This document shows positions 37,301 through 50,749 of a DNA stretch of 64,000 nucleotides, piece after piece. Position 1 is the stretch's first letter. Every line of letters begins with the position of its first letter. Both the position numbers and the translations under genes were made by a program. The notes beneath the pieces were generated by a model that was given only the letters and a program-made list of their open reading frames with translations, did no database searches and was not told where the DNA came from. The DNA is from Spizellomyces punctatus DAOM BR117 (taxonomy: Eukaryota), in the NCBI GenBank assembly GCA_000182565.2, contig KQ257456.1. The stretch is one strand, 5' to 3'.

Positions 37301-37799
37301 TTTTCAAGTCCACGGTGGACCTCATTCAAATGACTTTGGCAAAAGCGGATCCCAGGATATCTGGTACGCACAACGTTTTCTTAACTGATAGCACACCACA
37401 CGATATGACTAAAACTGCCGTATAGCATATTATGACGCGCGGTTGGCTCCTGAGGCTGTGAGACATGTCGGAGCTTACATTCGGGAGAGGCTCGACCAAT
37501 GTATTCGTCTCATTCTCGAGGTTTCTCAATCGAACGATCTTCTAGCCTCGGATCCTGTCGTGCGGCGTGCCGTGGAGTCGCGCCTTCCGTTCACCGACCC
37601 AATCAAGTAGGTAGTTCTGACGTCGCGGTCTAAGTATATCTGGCTAACCTCCTCTGTATTGCTTAGTCTGTTACAGGTTGAAGCTTTGAGTCTTTTGCGT
37701 GAAGCCGAGGAAATTGGAAAGGAGGAAGATCCACAGTTGCGCGATCTGATGTCAGTGACCATTCAAGGTATTGCTATGGGAATGGGTAACACTGGTTGA
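34319..37799 (+). CDS. ppc: Phosphoenolpyruvate carboxylase (bacterial/plant-type PEPC), 10 exons, about 970 aa
   Basis: VLTAHPTQ, GSWIGGDRDGNP, LDIRQES, APLFET, QEVMLGYSDSAKD, FHGRGGSVGRGG, LRAIPW and terminal GMGNTG-stop. Intron donors at about 34484, 34903, 35115, 35252, 35503, 36176, 36827, 37363, 37607. Confidence 0.97.
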
Positions 37800-38003
37800 T
37801 GAAGTTATGAATCTTGTTAAGTTGGATATTTGTTACATATCCTATGATTTGTCAATATTCATTTAAGTTGGAAAAATACATTAAAGAGAGTTCTGTTCAG
37901 CCCTGTGTATGACTCACACAAACGCGCAGACAAATTGACGGCAATCCCACCAAGCATCCGCGCCTTGGTTGAGCTGCAGGCGATTATAAGAGTCTGTTTG
38001 AGG

Positions 38004-41000
38004 ATGGGGGCAACTGAAAGTAAGCTTGCTTTTCGAAAGAGTGTCTTTCAACTTTACGAACAGAAGGTAACGAAATGCCTGATGCGACGCTTGGCTTGCC
38101 CAATGATCTCACCCATTTGACGTACGGTCTTGCGAATTCTTGGCAGAGCATTCCCGAATCAAACGACGACTTTTGGAGCAACTTTTATCGCCTACCAGAA
38201 ACAGCGGAGGATGTTTTCAACCTGTTTGCGCCAAAGGATATACGCAGAGTTCGAGATACAGCCGTCGAAAACCTGGAAACGTTGTTACGAAAGGTGAATC
38301 CACAAGTGCATGCCAAGCGCAACCATGCACCTCTTGTGCTAATGGAAGCTTGACACTTTCGTTCCAACCGACGAAACTTGTAGACGTTAAGTCGCCTTTT
38401 TAGCTTTTTGGCTCTGACCACGCGTCCTACCCCGGACGATGTACGAGATGTCTTGAACTGCATTCGCATTTTGACCCGCCTGTTACCATACGTTTTTGAA
38501 GTTGAGAATGGCGAATTGGAGGGGAAAATCTTCTGGGAGGTGGCAAATGGGGCACAGCCCTTGGGAGCAAAGCTATGTCAAGCAGTCGTGCAACTACTGT
38601 TCTTCAGGGGGTAAGATATCTAGAGAGGGACAATCGTGGTGGCTGCCTGCACTGCTATTTACAGGAGCGCTTGCGTTGTAGATTCACCTTGCCCGAAATT
38701 CCCGACCCTAAAACTGGACGTGGCGTTCAGTACAGCATCTGGTACTCAGGGATACTATTGGATTGTCGCCGGACTCGAAGCTAATGATCTGGCGACTAGG
38801 CAAGAAGGCATTGCAGTGGCAGTCAAACCGCCAGCCGCAACCCGAGACAACATTAATAATCGAACTGAGACAATGCGCCTTTTGCTGACAATTATATCTC
38901 GAACAATCTACTGCCCTGCGGCGAAGGTGCTAAAGTTTGAGAACAGATGGGGCAACGCCATTGTATGCGGCCTGGAAAAAAAGGCGGTTGTGTCGTTGCT
39001 CTGTTCCATGTTGAACACAATAATTAACTACCAACCGGTGGGATGGGTGTCACTGCCATATAATCATGTACGAACCAGAGTAACTTGATCTTCATGCGCC
39101 GCAATGTATCACATACTTACGACATCTTCAGCTGCTCTTTGCGAACATGGAGGAACAACTTGTAACTCTTTGTCTGCAAACATTCGTCGCCTTACTGGAT
39201 ATTCGGCCAGGCGGAACGCAGGCGCAGCCCTCTCAGAGGTACTTGTGGCCCTCTCTCTACTAGCAGTGGATTCGAGGTTCATTTTTTCATAGTCAGGACA
39301 ATAGCCGAAGACCCTCACTTGAGCACAGTCGTCGGTCATCAACCGCGAGTTCCAGCGAAGCACAGTCATTTTCCCCAACGGCAGCCAATAGCAGCGAGTC
39401 TAAGGTATTTTAGATCAACATTTTACGGTTGGGGTCGTTTAATGTCAAGGCCATATGAATTCATCGCCATACGATAGCGCGAAACCATGCGAAATGACTT
39501 CTGCTTTTACACCGGCAAGCTGCATCGGCCGCAAGATTTTTTACTCCTCATGGATGGCTTCTGCCGAGTTCTAAAGAATCCGTTGGACGTAGGTGCATGG
39601 AATGGAAAGGATATTGATGACAAGCGCATCACTCATGTCCCCTGTGCAGGCGGCAAATACATATCTACCTGGATCGATCAAGCGGGTCAACATCCATGTT
39701 GAAGTACTCATGCTCTTCTGGAAGTTGGTGGAGCACAATGAGGTCTGTTGCGTCTCGCTATTCGCTTGCAACACAGCATAGAAGCTCATATATGGGATAT
39801 ACATAGAAATTCGCACACCAAGCAATGGAAACCGACAAAGTTCTCGTTATTCTTGCATCAGTGCTGTACTTCGCGGTAGAGGCACGGAATGATCCAGGTA
39901 TGTACCAGTTTGTCAAAATTGACCTACGATCATAAAGCTGATAGGAACACCTCGTAATGCAGCGCAGATCGGTCTCCTCCGCATGTGCTGCTTCATCTTA
40001 CATATACTGTCCCAGGACCGCAATTTTGCAGTCCAGCTCAACTCCTTATTTGATTACAATACTGTTGGAGCGGCAGCAAAGGCTGTGCCGAACTTTACAT
40101 CGGGAACATGGGCGGATTTCATGTTTTTGGTGAGTTCACTGGCTCTGCCGCGGTCTAGGAGAAGAATATGTGATCTAGTTGCTGATCATTACTGTCATCA
40201 TTGTAGGCCATTCACACAATGGTGACGACGCCCAGTCGTTCGCCTATGGCGGCTCTACACGAACATCTCCTAACGGCGATGACAAACGTATCCCCGTTCG
40301 TGAAAGCGCTCAACGTTACCACCGCTACTAAACTGCTCAGCCTCTTCAACCTGTTCTCAAACCCGGCATTCATGCTTGCAAACGAGCATAATCATAAGAA
40401 CGTTTTTTTTCTGTTGGAAGCGTTTAACAACATTCTCCAGTATCAAGTCACGGGTATTTATTATGTATTCCAAGTTCACGGTCGTCGCACTTCTCATCGA
40501 CTGATCCTGCTTACAATCCTCTTTTTGATCAGGCAACACTCATCTTGTCTACGCAATTGTTCGACACAAGCAAAAGTTCTACGATTTGCATAACCTTACG
40601 TACGAGCACGCTGTTAGCGAGTTGAATCGAGTGCGAGCCATTCGAGCACAAAAACAAAGCGGAGATTCTCAAAAGCAGCCGACAAAATCCGAAAAAAATG
40701 AAGGGGAAGAGGAGGCGCGATCGACGGAGTCGTTGGAGGGTCAATTAGGTAGTAAAGCACCCAGCGCGACCAACGGGGATGGCAGCAACAGTGCAACCGC
40801 ATCAGAGCGTCGCCAGAGTGAGAGTGACTCTACAGGGACAGATACAGAGTTATCAGAAAAAGCAAAGGGCAAACTACCAGCTGAACACTCTTCGGGACCT
40901 GTGGCTGGCGGAAAAGATGGACAGGTTGCGCCTATCAACGATAAGGGCAAGTTTCAACCCAATCAGGAATGGGTAAGTGATTGAACTTGAACGCTGTTGG

Positions 41001-41511
41001 CAGCTCAATGGTTAAAGCTGGTTGACCGAACTTGCAGTTCAACTACTGGCGGGCTCATCTGCCGTTGTCTGTCATACTCATACTGGTCGATTCCCTCGGC
41101 CCAACGATCGAACAGATGTGCCTAGATAAGGGCATCAATGATGATAAGACTGTGTTGGAGTACCTCCAAAGTGGAACTTTAGTGGGCTTGTTACCTGTGC
41201 CACATCCGATCTACACTCGACGGTTTCATTATTCAGATGCAATTAGGATATGGTTTACCAGCTATTTATGGGTGAGTTCCTGAGATGGGGATGTCACAGT
41301 GTCTTGATACTAAATTGGAACTTGCGTAGGGTCGTGTGTTCACGACGAGTAACGGGATGGGTGCGGGGGAGGCCGCGAAAATGTGTCCGCCAATATGGAC
41401 TGGTGAGTTCAGATGTGATAAGGCATAACGCAGCAGTAAGATGAGCTGAAATTTGGTTTGTCGTGGCCAGGCACACAAATCAAATTATTTGTTGTCAAAG
41501 TGTCTGCATAA
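38004..41511 (+). CDS. HID1: HID1/Ecm30 family Golgi protein, multi-exon
   Basis: MGATESKLAFRKSVFQL, FW..F...EDVF.LF...DIR, LNCIRILTRLLPYVFE, GTLVGLLPVPHPI, W.GTQIKLF. Confidence 0.92.
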
Positions 41512-41594
41512 ACATTCTGTGGCATATGTAAGCCGCTCACAACTGCCAAACAGAGATTCAGAAGCGCATATTATCGATAACTAGCGGCGACATT

Positions 41595-42909
41595 TTATTC
41601 GTTGGACAGATAGGCAGTAAGAGGAATGGTAGGCCCCTGGTGTCTCTCCAAAATCAGAGCTTGTCCGCTCTGGAGGCGTCTTGTAGAAATCAAAGATGAT
41701 AAGGTAGCATCCGTCGCAAGATGGCCTCCCGTATCACCATGGAATAAATTCAGTTTCTGGAGCAAGTCATAGTTACGACACGATCCATGATGATGAGCTT
41801 GTTGTCTGTCCATACGAACCTTGTCCTCGGGACCCGTGTTATTCATGTTTTGTATTTTGACCGCTGCGGCTATGTTATCTATCAAGCGACCAATTGTCCA
41901 GTCCTGCAAGAGACAATTTTTCTCATGCCACTGAGACTTTCTGCGCCGAATTCACACCAAATCGCGCTTACCTTATGAAAGAACATTGCTTGATTCTCTA
42001 TTTTGCTTTCCAACGGGAAGTAGATGCGAAAGTATACTCGTGATTCGAGTGGTACTGGCTTTTCCCCCTGTGAACGGACTAGAAACATCAGTTTCGTCAT
42101 CAACATGCATCACTGCTGTGTCTCGCCACCTTTGCATGCATTTTCATTTTCATCAATTCAATGGTAGGATTCAGCTTCTTGCTCTTCTTTTTAGGTGCTA
42201 GGTTTTCTGTCGCCAGCGCTTTTTGCCTTGCGTTTTCCGATGACGTTGCCAGTGTCGCTATCAGCTCTTTGTAGGCTTGTTCCTTCTCCTCTCTTTTGAC
42301 ATCTTTTTGGGTAGGAGCTGTACACGAGTGATCGGGAGGGTGTCGGTGCCTGGCTGAGAATGAGGGATGTTTGCTTCTGGCCGCTTGGAACCAGAGTAGC
42401 TGTCATTATTGACCTTAAGCAAAACTGCTTGGCACACTTGGGGCAGGTGGCGGACCACAGCTCGGCAGTTGTACATGAAGAAAAGGAGCAAGGAATCTTC
42501 TGTGAGGATGCCTCTTGTACGGATCCGCAACTTGGCTATAATGAAGCGCAAGCAACAAAACAAGTTTGATCATATCGTTCTCGACTCGGTGGGAGGAGAG
42601 ATCACATACATCTATGTCCTTCTTCTTTTCCGACCAGTTTTTACATTCATGTGCCTCTGCATGTCGGTGGTCGAGGCTATCAATAATAAAACGGACCAAT
42701 TTCATTTCGAATGATGCTCCATTCTACTGCTCAAATATGAAACCAGATAGTTACCAGTACGTCAGGGAGCATAAGTTGCAGGGAAAGGGCAGGAAGTCTA
42801 GCTCGAGCAGTGAGCCCAAATGATGTTACGTGAGTGTTTACATGCGCATGCTACCTAGCCGTCGGCAATCGGGCTTCGCGCACTGTACTCCTAGCTTGGG
42901 CAGTTCCAT
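41595..42909 (-). CDS. AN1-type zinc finger protein (ZFAND1-like) with C-terminal ubiquitin-like domain, multi-exon
   Basis: MELPKLGVQC...DFLPFPC..C...HRH...HEC, a second AN1 finger, then G...VP.ESRVYF...FF...WTIGRLID. Confidence 0.8.
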
Positions 42910-43863
42910 CGTGCTGGCGATGCAAGTGCTGCAGATCCACCACCATGCTGTTGACTGGTCGATTGTGGCGCAGGACCAGCATGGTTACGTAACCCAGATC
43001 ATCCTCAGCTTGTGCCCTGGACTCGTTTCTCCTCAGTATTCCCTTTTGCACTCTAGCAAAACATATGTAAATCGCACACTTCGGCTCAAATGATCGGCGT
43101 CCAAAGCAGAGCGCAGTATGAAGCCCGCTGCTAAACTCTGTTGGCTCACAATTGAGTTCAAGCAGCGACTGCCCGAAGGATAAGTTTTCAAGGACGCCAT
43201 AGCCGTCTTGGTTCCTGCCGTGTGCAGAGACGCATTCGGACGCAGTGGGGTGAATTTCACTTTATAGGGTTGATATGCACGATAGATTATTCATTGCTGC
43301 ATCGTCAGCTTTATAAATGAACCACAAGTGGCAGAAATTCAGCAGTAGAATAGATTAGACTTTGCGGTTGCTCGCTGCCTAAAGCTTTGAACAAACACAT
43401 CCCTACTGGTTTTTCAGGTATCGATATATTCATGGTCCGCAGATTGTTACATATGGTCTCCCATTACTCAGTATCGTGAATACCGTTCCAGCGACTAAAA
43501 CATGAATCGCTGACAAAACATACTGAAGAGCAATGTAGAACTATTCATTACAGTGGAAAGGAGAGTCTCGCCCTCAAGGTACAATGCTGAGGTTAGTGAG
43601 AGACTCCAGAAGGGTAGAATCTCAAGGCGACAGTCGATGTTATTACGGACGCGGGTGATTGTCAAACGACATTGTGACTGTCGAGCTGAGTTGAAATACC
43701 AACTGTCTTTTAGTACAAGTCCAGGAGACCTCATCCATGATCGTGCAACTGCAGTCGGCGAACTGAGATTAATGCGAGAGTTCGATACGATTATGTAATC
43801 AAACTTACCCAGCTGGAAGCTCTCAAATCACTGGCATTTTCAATATTGATTTATACATTTGTG

Positions 43864-46181
43864 ATGCCTCCAAAGCGGCTCCCACCTCTACAAGAAAAAC
43901 CCGAGATAGTACTGGGCTCGCGATCGAGCGGTACAGGTTCACCTTATCGCCAAGCTGCGTCGCGAGGGGGAGGTCGTGTGCTGTTAGCAGCTGGAAAAGC
44001 CTTGAAGAAAGGTAGAATAAGAAAGAAAAAGGATGGAGATGATGATGGTGAAAGCGATGCAAGCGGAAATGAAGATGAGAATGACAGTGGGGATAGTGAG
44101 AGCGAAAGTGAGAGCAACGGAAGTGAGGAAGAGGATGCGGTAGAAGACGAAGTTGCAGATGACGAAGACGACGACGATGATGATAATGATGATGACGACG
44201 ACGATGAGGAACATGAGAAAGTAGACAAATCAAAGAAAATAGCAAGCCGAGGAGATGAAGCAGTCCCAGCATCGCTCTCCGATGCNNNNNNNNNNNNNNN
44301 NNNNNNNNNNNNNNNNNNNNNNNNNNNNNNNNNNNNNNNNNNNNNNNNNNNNNNNNNNNNNNNNNNNNNNNNNNNNNNNNNNNNNTTCATTCCCATCGTC
44401 CGACGACGAGGCATCCGATTTCATTGCATCGCTTCATGCCTCCATCAATGCAGCAGCAGCGGCGGCCTTGGAATCTCAACCCCACGATGCTCGAAGGGAA
44501 CACTCCCTTCTTCCTTCAACAGGTGCTCCAAACCCTCCGCGACCCCGTCGACAAAAGGCTGTTCGACGTCCTTCTGCGCGCCGCGAAGCCATTCGACTAT
44601 CACATGCCCCGGTAAAACTAACAGGCTCCCAGTTTGAGCTATTCACCGCCTCAACAGGCGGGGGAATTCGAACTGGCGATCCCTATGCTCGATTTTTAAT
44701 AGGCCCCAGGACCGAGCGATTACAGGTCCCGACAGTCGAGGAAGCAGGACGGTCAAAGACAGATCGGCAAATGGCAGCCAAAGGCTTGATGGTTGGCAAA
44801 GCACCTGCTGGCGGGATAATAGCGCGCTCCTTCCCCGTGAGCAAAAGGAAGCGAAAGCAAATGCAAATGGCTGAGATCAAAGCCGAGCTAGTAAGCAAGT
44901 GGGAGAGGTTGGAGGACTTGAGGTTACAGTAGGTATTTTTCTTGTTTCTACGGATGTGCTGATCGAATGACTGTGGATATTGAAGAGTTGAAAATTCCTT
45001 TGTGTCGCATGAAGAATCATTGCCCGGATGAAGTCTCTCAAGCATTACCACGGAGAACTACAGTCACTGTAAGCGTCACTTGTCCATCTACGCTCTTGTA
45101 GAAGTACTTGTTAATAGATTGCTCTAAACTTTGAAAACCCCAAAAGAAAGGACGAAAATAAGCAGCTAAAGGAAGAGCATCAACGCATCACAGCGGAAAT
45201 GGTTTGTGTATGCAGCCTAATTCGAATATTGCTCTGTGCAATAACAGAATCAATCCTGCTTCCTTTATAGAATACGCGAGTTTCCGAGATATTAGATTCC
45301 AATGATGACCAAAACCGTACTATCCTTCAAGTGCACCGCGAACGAAAACAGCAACGTGCAAAACTCGAACGTGATATGGCCAGGTTCCACGCAGCCGCGG
45401 ACGAACGTATTCAAGGTAATGAATGTTGGGATTGAATTCAATTCCATTTGCTACTTACTAATCTTCCCCTGGTAGAGCTAGAAAAAGTCGTGCGAGAACG
45501 TCAAAGCAGCCTCGAAGAAGCTGAACGGGATTTGGAGGAGCTTGTTGAGTTTGAGGTATGAATGGCATCTAGTGCGCTCTGTCAGCGCTTCGTAGCTAAC
45601 AGGAGAAAATATTTTCAAGAATTTGGTCGACATAGACCCAGATGCAATGTCCAAGCAAATCTCTGCCGTCCAGGCCCGCAGAGATGCCCTTCTTGTTGAG
45701 CATGAGCGCAAGCTAGCGGCATTAAGCGAGCACGCTGAGACCGAGGGAAAAGAATCGGAGCAGCTGTTTGTTGACAAAATAATGGCCATTATTGACCAGG
45801 AGAAGTCGGTATGTCGACCAATGTATCAGTTCCTTCATGCTTTATAGTTAATAACCGGCGTTGCATTAGCAACTGACGTCAACATTTGACGACGTACTGA
45901 AAGTGTCCGTGAAAATTAACAAACGGCTACGACGAGAAATCGCCCTCCAGCAAGAGCACCAACTGAAAATAGAGCTGGAAATCGAAGCTAAAATGGCCGA
46001 ACAGCGACGGGCCTTCGAAATGAAGCGTAAGATGGTGGATACCCGCCGGAAAGTGCTCCAATTGTCCAAATTTATGACTTGCACACCAGATATGGAGTTC
46101 AGCGTCGGTGATGTGTTCACTGAAAGGAATACCTCTAAAGATGACAGAGTAGTTTCTACAGCGCTGGCCGCATCATCTTAG
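43864..46181 (+). CDS. Hypothetical protein with Asp/Glu-rich N-terminal region and C-terminal coiled coil, multi-exon; spans a gap
   Basis: MPPKRLPPL start, long acidic tract, heptad-rich E/K/R/Q exons separated by GT-AG introns; family not recognised. Confidence 0.65.
44286..44385. other. Assembly gap (100 N, probably of unknown size)
   Basis: Run of n. Confidence 0.99.
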
Positions 46182-46359
46182 TGATAGGCATAATCATTGA
46201 TTAAAGAGGCACGGTAAATATTGTTTTGTGATATAATTTTAAGAGCTTCGCACCCGCCCTACAAACTTCCTGTCCATTTAGGATCTAACAAAAAGCCCGT
46301 AGCGTAGCGCCATAGTTTCCGACATATGTGTAATCCATCAACTTCTGTTGTCGCGGAGT

Positions 46360-47267
<908 letters not shown>

Positions 47268-47843
47268 GGTGGGCAGCTCTGGTATACCGATGATCTGCCC
47301 TTACCGGTGATCCCAAGAGTCACTATGGTTGTCGTGCTGGACAACAGCGGAATCCTTCGTGCATGTGGCTTCAACAGAGCACGTGATACTTTTGGGGCTT
47401 AGTTGCAAACGTAACATCGGATCTGGACGGGGATTGAAATCGTTGAACAACCTACAGCAACAGCTGAAGAATGGCAGCTGCAAATATTCCAATGGTTAAG
47501 TGCAGACCCATATGAAGATCTGCAGGGTGCCTCGTTGTTTGGTGATTAGTCCGTTACGGAAGGCAACGGTTAAAGCCACTGTCGTCTAACTCATGAACTA
47601 CATGAAAAGCGCAAAGCACCCGAAAACGCCTTCTTCGCCCTGCGATCAACAAGATGGCTCTCAAAGGTGTTGTAGCAAAAGAACACATTCAAAGACTTGA
47701 CGTAGATCTCCACCGGCGCCAATCCCAAAAGCTGCCCACGTGTCGTGTTGAAGCCACGTGATTCATCGCGGACCCCAAGCCCATCAGCACTGCTGTCCGT
47801 CACGTCATCCAAAACCCCTTCGTCAGTTCTCCATTCCCAAAGT

Positions 47844-50378
47844 ATGAGTCCGTCCCCTCCAGACTCTTCCCGGTCTGCAGGAGGAAACAATAAGCATCCT
47901 CGGTCTCTATCGGATACGCCCGTGAGCTTGTCATCTTCGCAATCGACGGCATCGGAGAACCGCAAGCCAGCCCCTTACTCTGCAGCATCTTCACCAAAGT
48001 GGCAACATTCCTCTACTTCCTCTCATAAACAAACATCTCCGCCAAGGCGCAAGTTACAACCCACCGCGAGGCCAAAACGGAACGCTTATGCTCCCTTAGC
48101 TGCATCACCGTCGTTGGTGAATGACGAGAGATATTCACTGGATGCAGTCAGTCCGGTAGGTGTATACTTACGACAGTTTTTATAATAACCAGACCAGTCA
48201 TGAATATGACAGCTGGGTAGGGCTCGTGCCTATTTGTGCTGCTCCCATGAGGTTGTGACCCTCACTTGGGAATTGGCACAGTAGTTACGTGACACCAGAT
48301 TGCTGCGTGGTACCTGGCGCCAAATAATACACTATTACGTATGATATAAAGCTAATCAAACCAATTCAATGGCATACCATTAGCGAACAGGGACGTCGAA
48401 CGGAAAGGATTACTTTGCCGTAACTCACGACAACTCCTCCGATTCAGAGTCAGAAAGACCTCCATCATTCTCCTCGACACACTCTGCCGAGCGCTTAGTC
48501 AGTAGCTCGCCAGGCAAGGCAGAACGGTCGCCCCGCGTCCACATTAGCGCCCGCTCTTCAGGGCGCTCTTCCCAATATAATTCGGCACCTGAAAATCCCT
48601 GTTACGCACCGAGCCTCATGGATATTCCTCAGGAACCTGCCATCGATGGTCCCGCTCGTTACCATGATTCCCTAGTTAACCCACCGCCAGAATTTGAAAA
48701 CCCGGTTCCTCCTGTGACCCCACTTACTGGACAGCAATTTCTAGCGATTGTTGACGAAGTCCGTGCCGCCATTAATGACGGCATCTATCCGACACTTATA
48801 TCACAAGGATCTTCCGGTTCGTACTTTTGTCGTAACCGCGACGGTGAAATTGTGGGAGTGTTCAAGCCAAAGAATGAAGAACCTTATGGACATCTCAATC
48901 CGAAATGGACAAAGTGGATACATAAGAACCTTTTCCCCTGTTGTTTTGGACGTAGTTGCATTATACCCAACCTCGGTTACATTTCTGAGGCAGCTGCCAG
49001 CTACGTTGATCGCCGGCTACAACTGAACGTCGTCCCGCGTACGGAAGTTGTATATCTAGCGAGCCCTACATTTTTCTACTCGAGAAGGGACTGGAGCGCA
49101 TACCGCAAGGGCAAACCACTTCCAGAGAAGGTGGGAAGTTTTCAAGTCTTCTTGAAAGGATTTAAGGATGCCACTAGATTCTTTCGCGAAGGATATGAAC
49201 GGATGCGCAGAGCGGGAAGTGCAAGTGGATCCCAACGCGGGTCTGCGGAAAACTTACCAGCGTCTGGAAATGGTGCAAATCCTTACCAGCCCTATGAATG
49301 GTCCGATCGTGCACAGAAGGAGTTTCAGTGGGGTTTCGAAAGGCTGGTGGTACTAGACTATCTGATAAGAAATACAGATCGTGGCCTTGACAACTGGATG
49401 GTGAAATTTGATGAGGAGGCGGATGAGAACGAGAAGCGCGAACGGGCAGCTCAGGCTGAGGAACAGGTTTCTGTGACTCGTGCAAAAGAGGAAGCGGGTC
49501 CAAAGCCTGGCTCAGGTGCCACCAACGATACAACTGTGGCAACGTTGCTCTCGATGTCTATACCATCGGTTCCATCCGAAGCAACCCTGGCGGATGGTAC
49601 AGCAAATGTGGAAAGTAGCAGTGCCACAGAAGTGACGACCGCTGATGCACCCCAGTCTCCAAGTTCCGTTGTTCCCGGAGTGGCTGTTGATGTCCCGGAC
49701 CAAACCACGGATGTAAATCATCTGCCCCCTAAAGTGACTGCCGAACCTCTGACAATTGACTCCATCACATCTGACGCACCCAACACTTCCTCTCAAGTTA
49801 ATAAACCTCCGCCTATTGTACAGATCGCCGCCATCGACAATGGTCTTGCATTCCCCTGGAAGCACCCGGATCGATGGCGTTCATATCCCTACGGATGGGC
49901 TTACCTTCCAGCTGCACGCGTTCCATTCTCGCGTGAAACCCGCATACAAGTTCTTCATCTCCTCACTTCGCCGACCTGGTGGCGGGAAACCATGGACGGC
50001 CTGGAACGGCTGTTTCGAATTGATCCAGATTTCAGCGAAACCATGTGGCGTCGACAACGCGCTGTGGTTCGTGGTGAAGGATATAATCTGGTGGAAACCT
50101 TGCGAAGATCCGAAGTTGACGGACGCGGAGGGAGTCCATGGGGACTGGTTCGTCGTCCTGTCGTTGCGGTCTTTGAAGAGGAGATTATAGATGAAAGCGA
50201 AGATGGTGACGTTGACAGGGGAGCATGGGCAGAAGGTGTCATGGGCGGTCCAAATATGGGGATGCGACCTGGCCGGAGGAGGAGCTTTGTGGAAAGGCAG
50301 GGAAGGAGGTTTGTTAAACGTGTGAGGCAGAGATTTGAAACCTTTGCACGAAGTCGGCCGTGCTTTGAGAATTGGTAG
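47844..50378 (+). CDS. LSB6: Phosphatidylinositol 4-kinase type II (Lsb6-like); probable first exon 47844-48155, main exon from about 48384
   Basis: QGSSGSYF, VFKPKNEEPYG, FPCCFGRSC, LDYLIRNTDRGLDNW, AAIDNGLAFP.KHPD.WRSYPYGW. Confidence 0.93.
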
Positions 50379-50749
50379 CCATGGTGGAGATGAATTGCAT
50401 ACAGATAGATGTCTGATGATCCGGCTCCGCACTATCATGTGGCAGGTCTTTTATGGATATACATTATGTGCTCTATTTTTATTGCTATGTGCTTATTTTT
50501 GTCAAAGAACTGCGACGGGCCAGTAACAGAGCAATGAACTCAAGAAGACCTCGATCTGCATTTGTCTATGAGGTTTAAAAGTCATCACTGATTTGCTACA
50601 AAGTCATATATCAACGATCTACTAAATTTACCAACCAGATACGCAGCACACCCAGTTGTGAGATAGCCTGCCCATCGTCCACATGTGAGATAACTGTGGT
50701 TTGTTGGTTCATCTGGTTTGAATGAATAATTGGTCACCTCTGCAGTCCG

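Noticed and set aside
34319..37799. PEPC as bacterial contamination
   Set aside because: Nine spliceosomal introns and gap-free continuity with eukaryotic HID1
43823..44414. His-rich and Ser-rich minus-strand ORFs
   Set aside because: Antisense readings of the GAT/GAC acidic tract of the plus-strand gene
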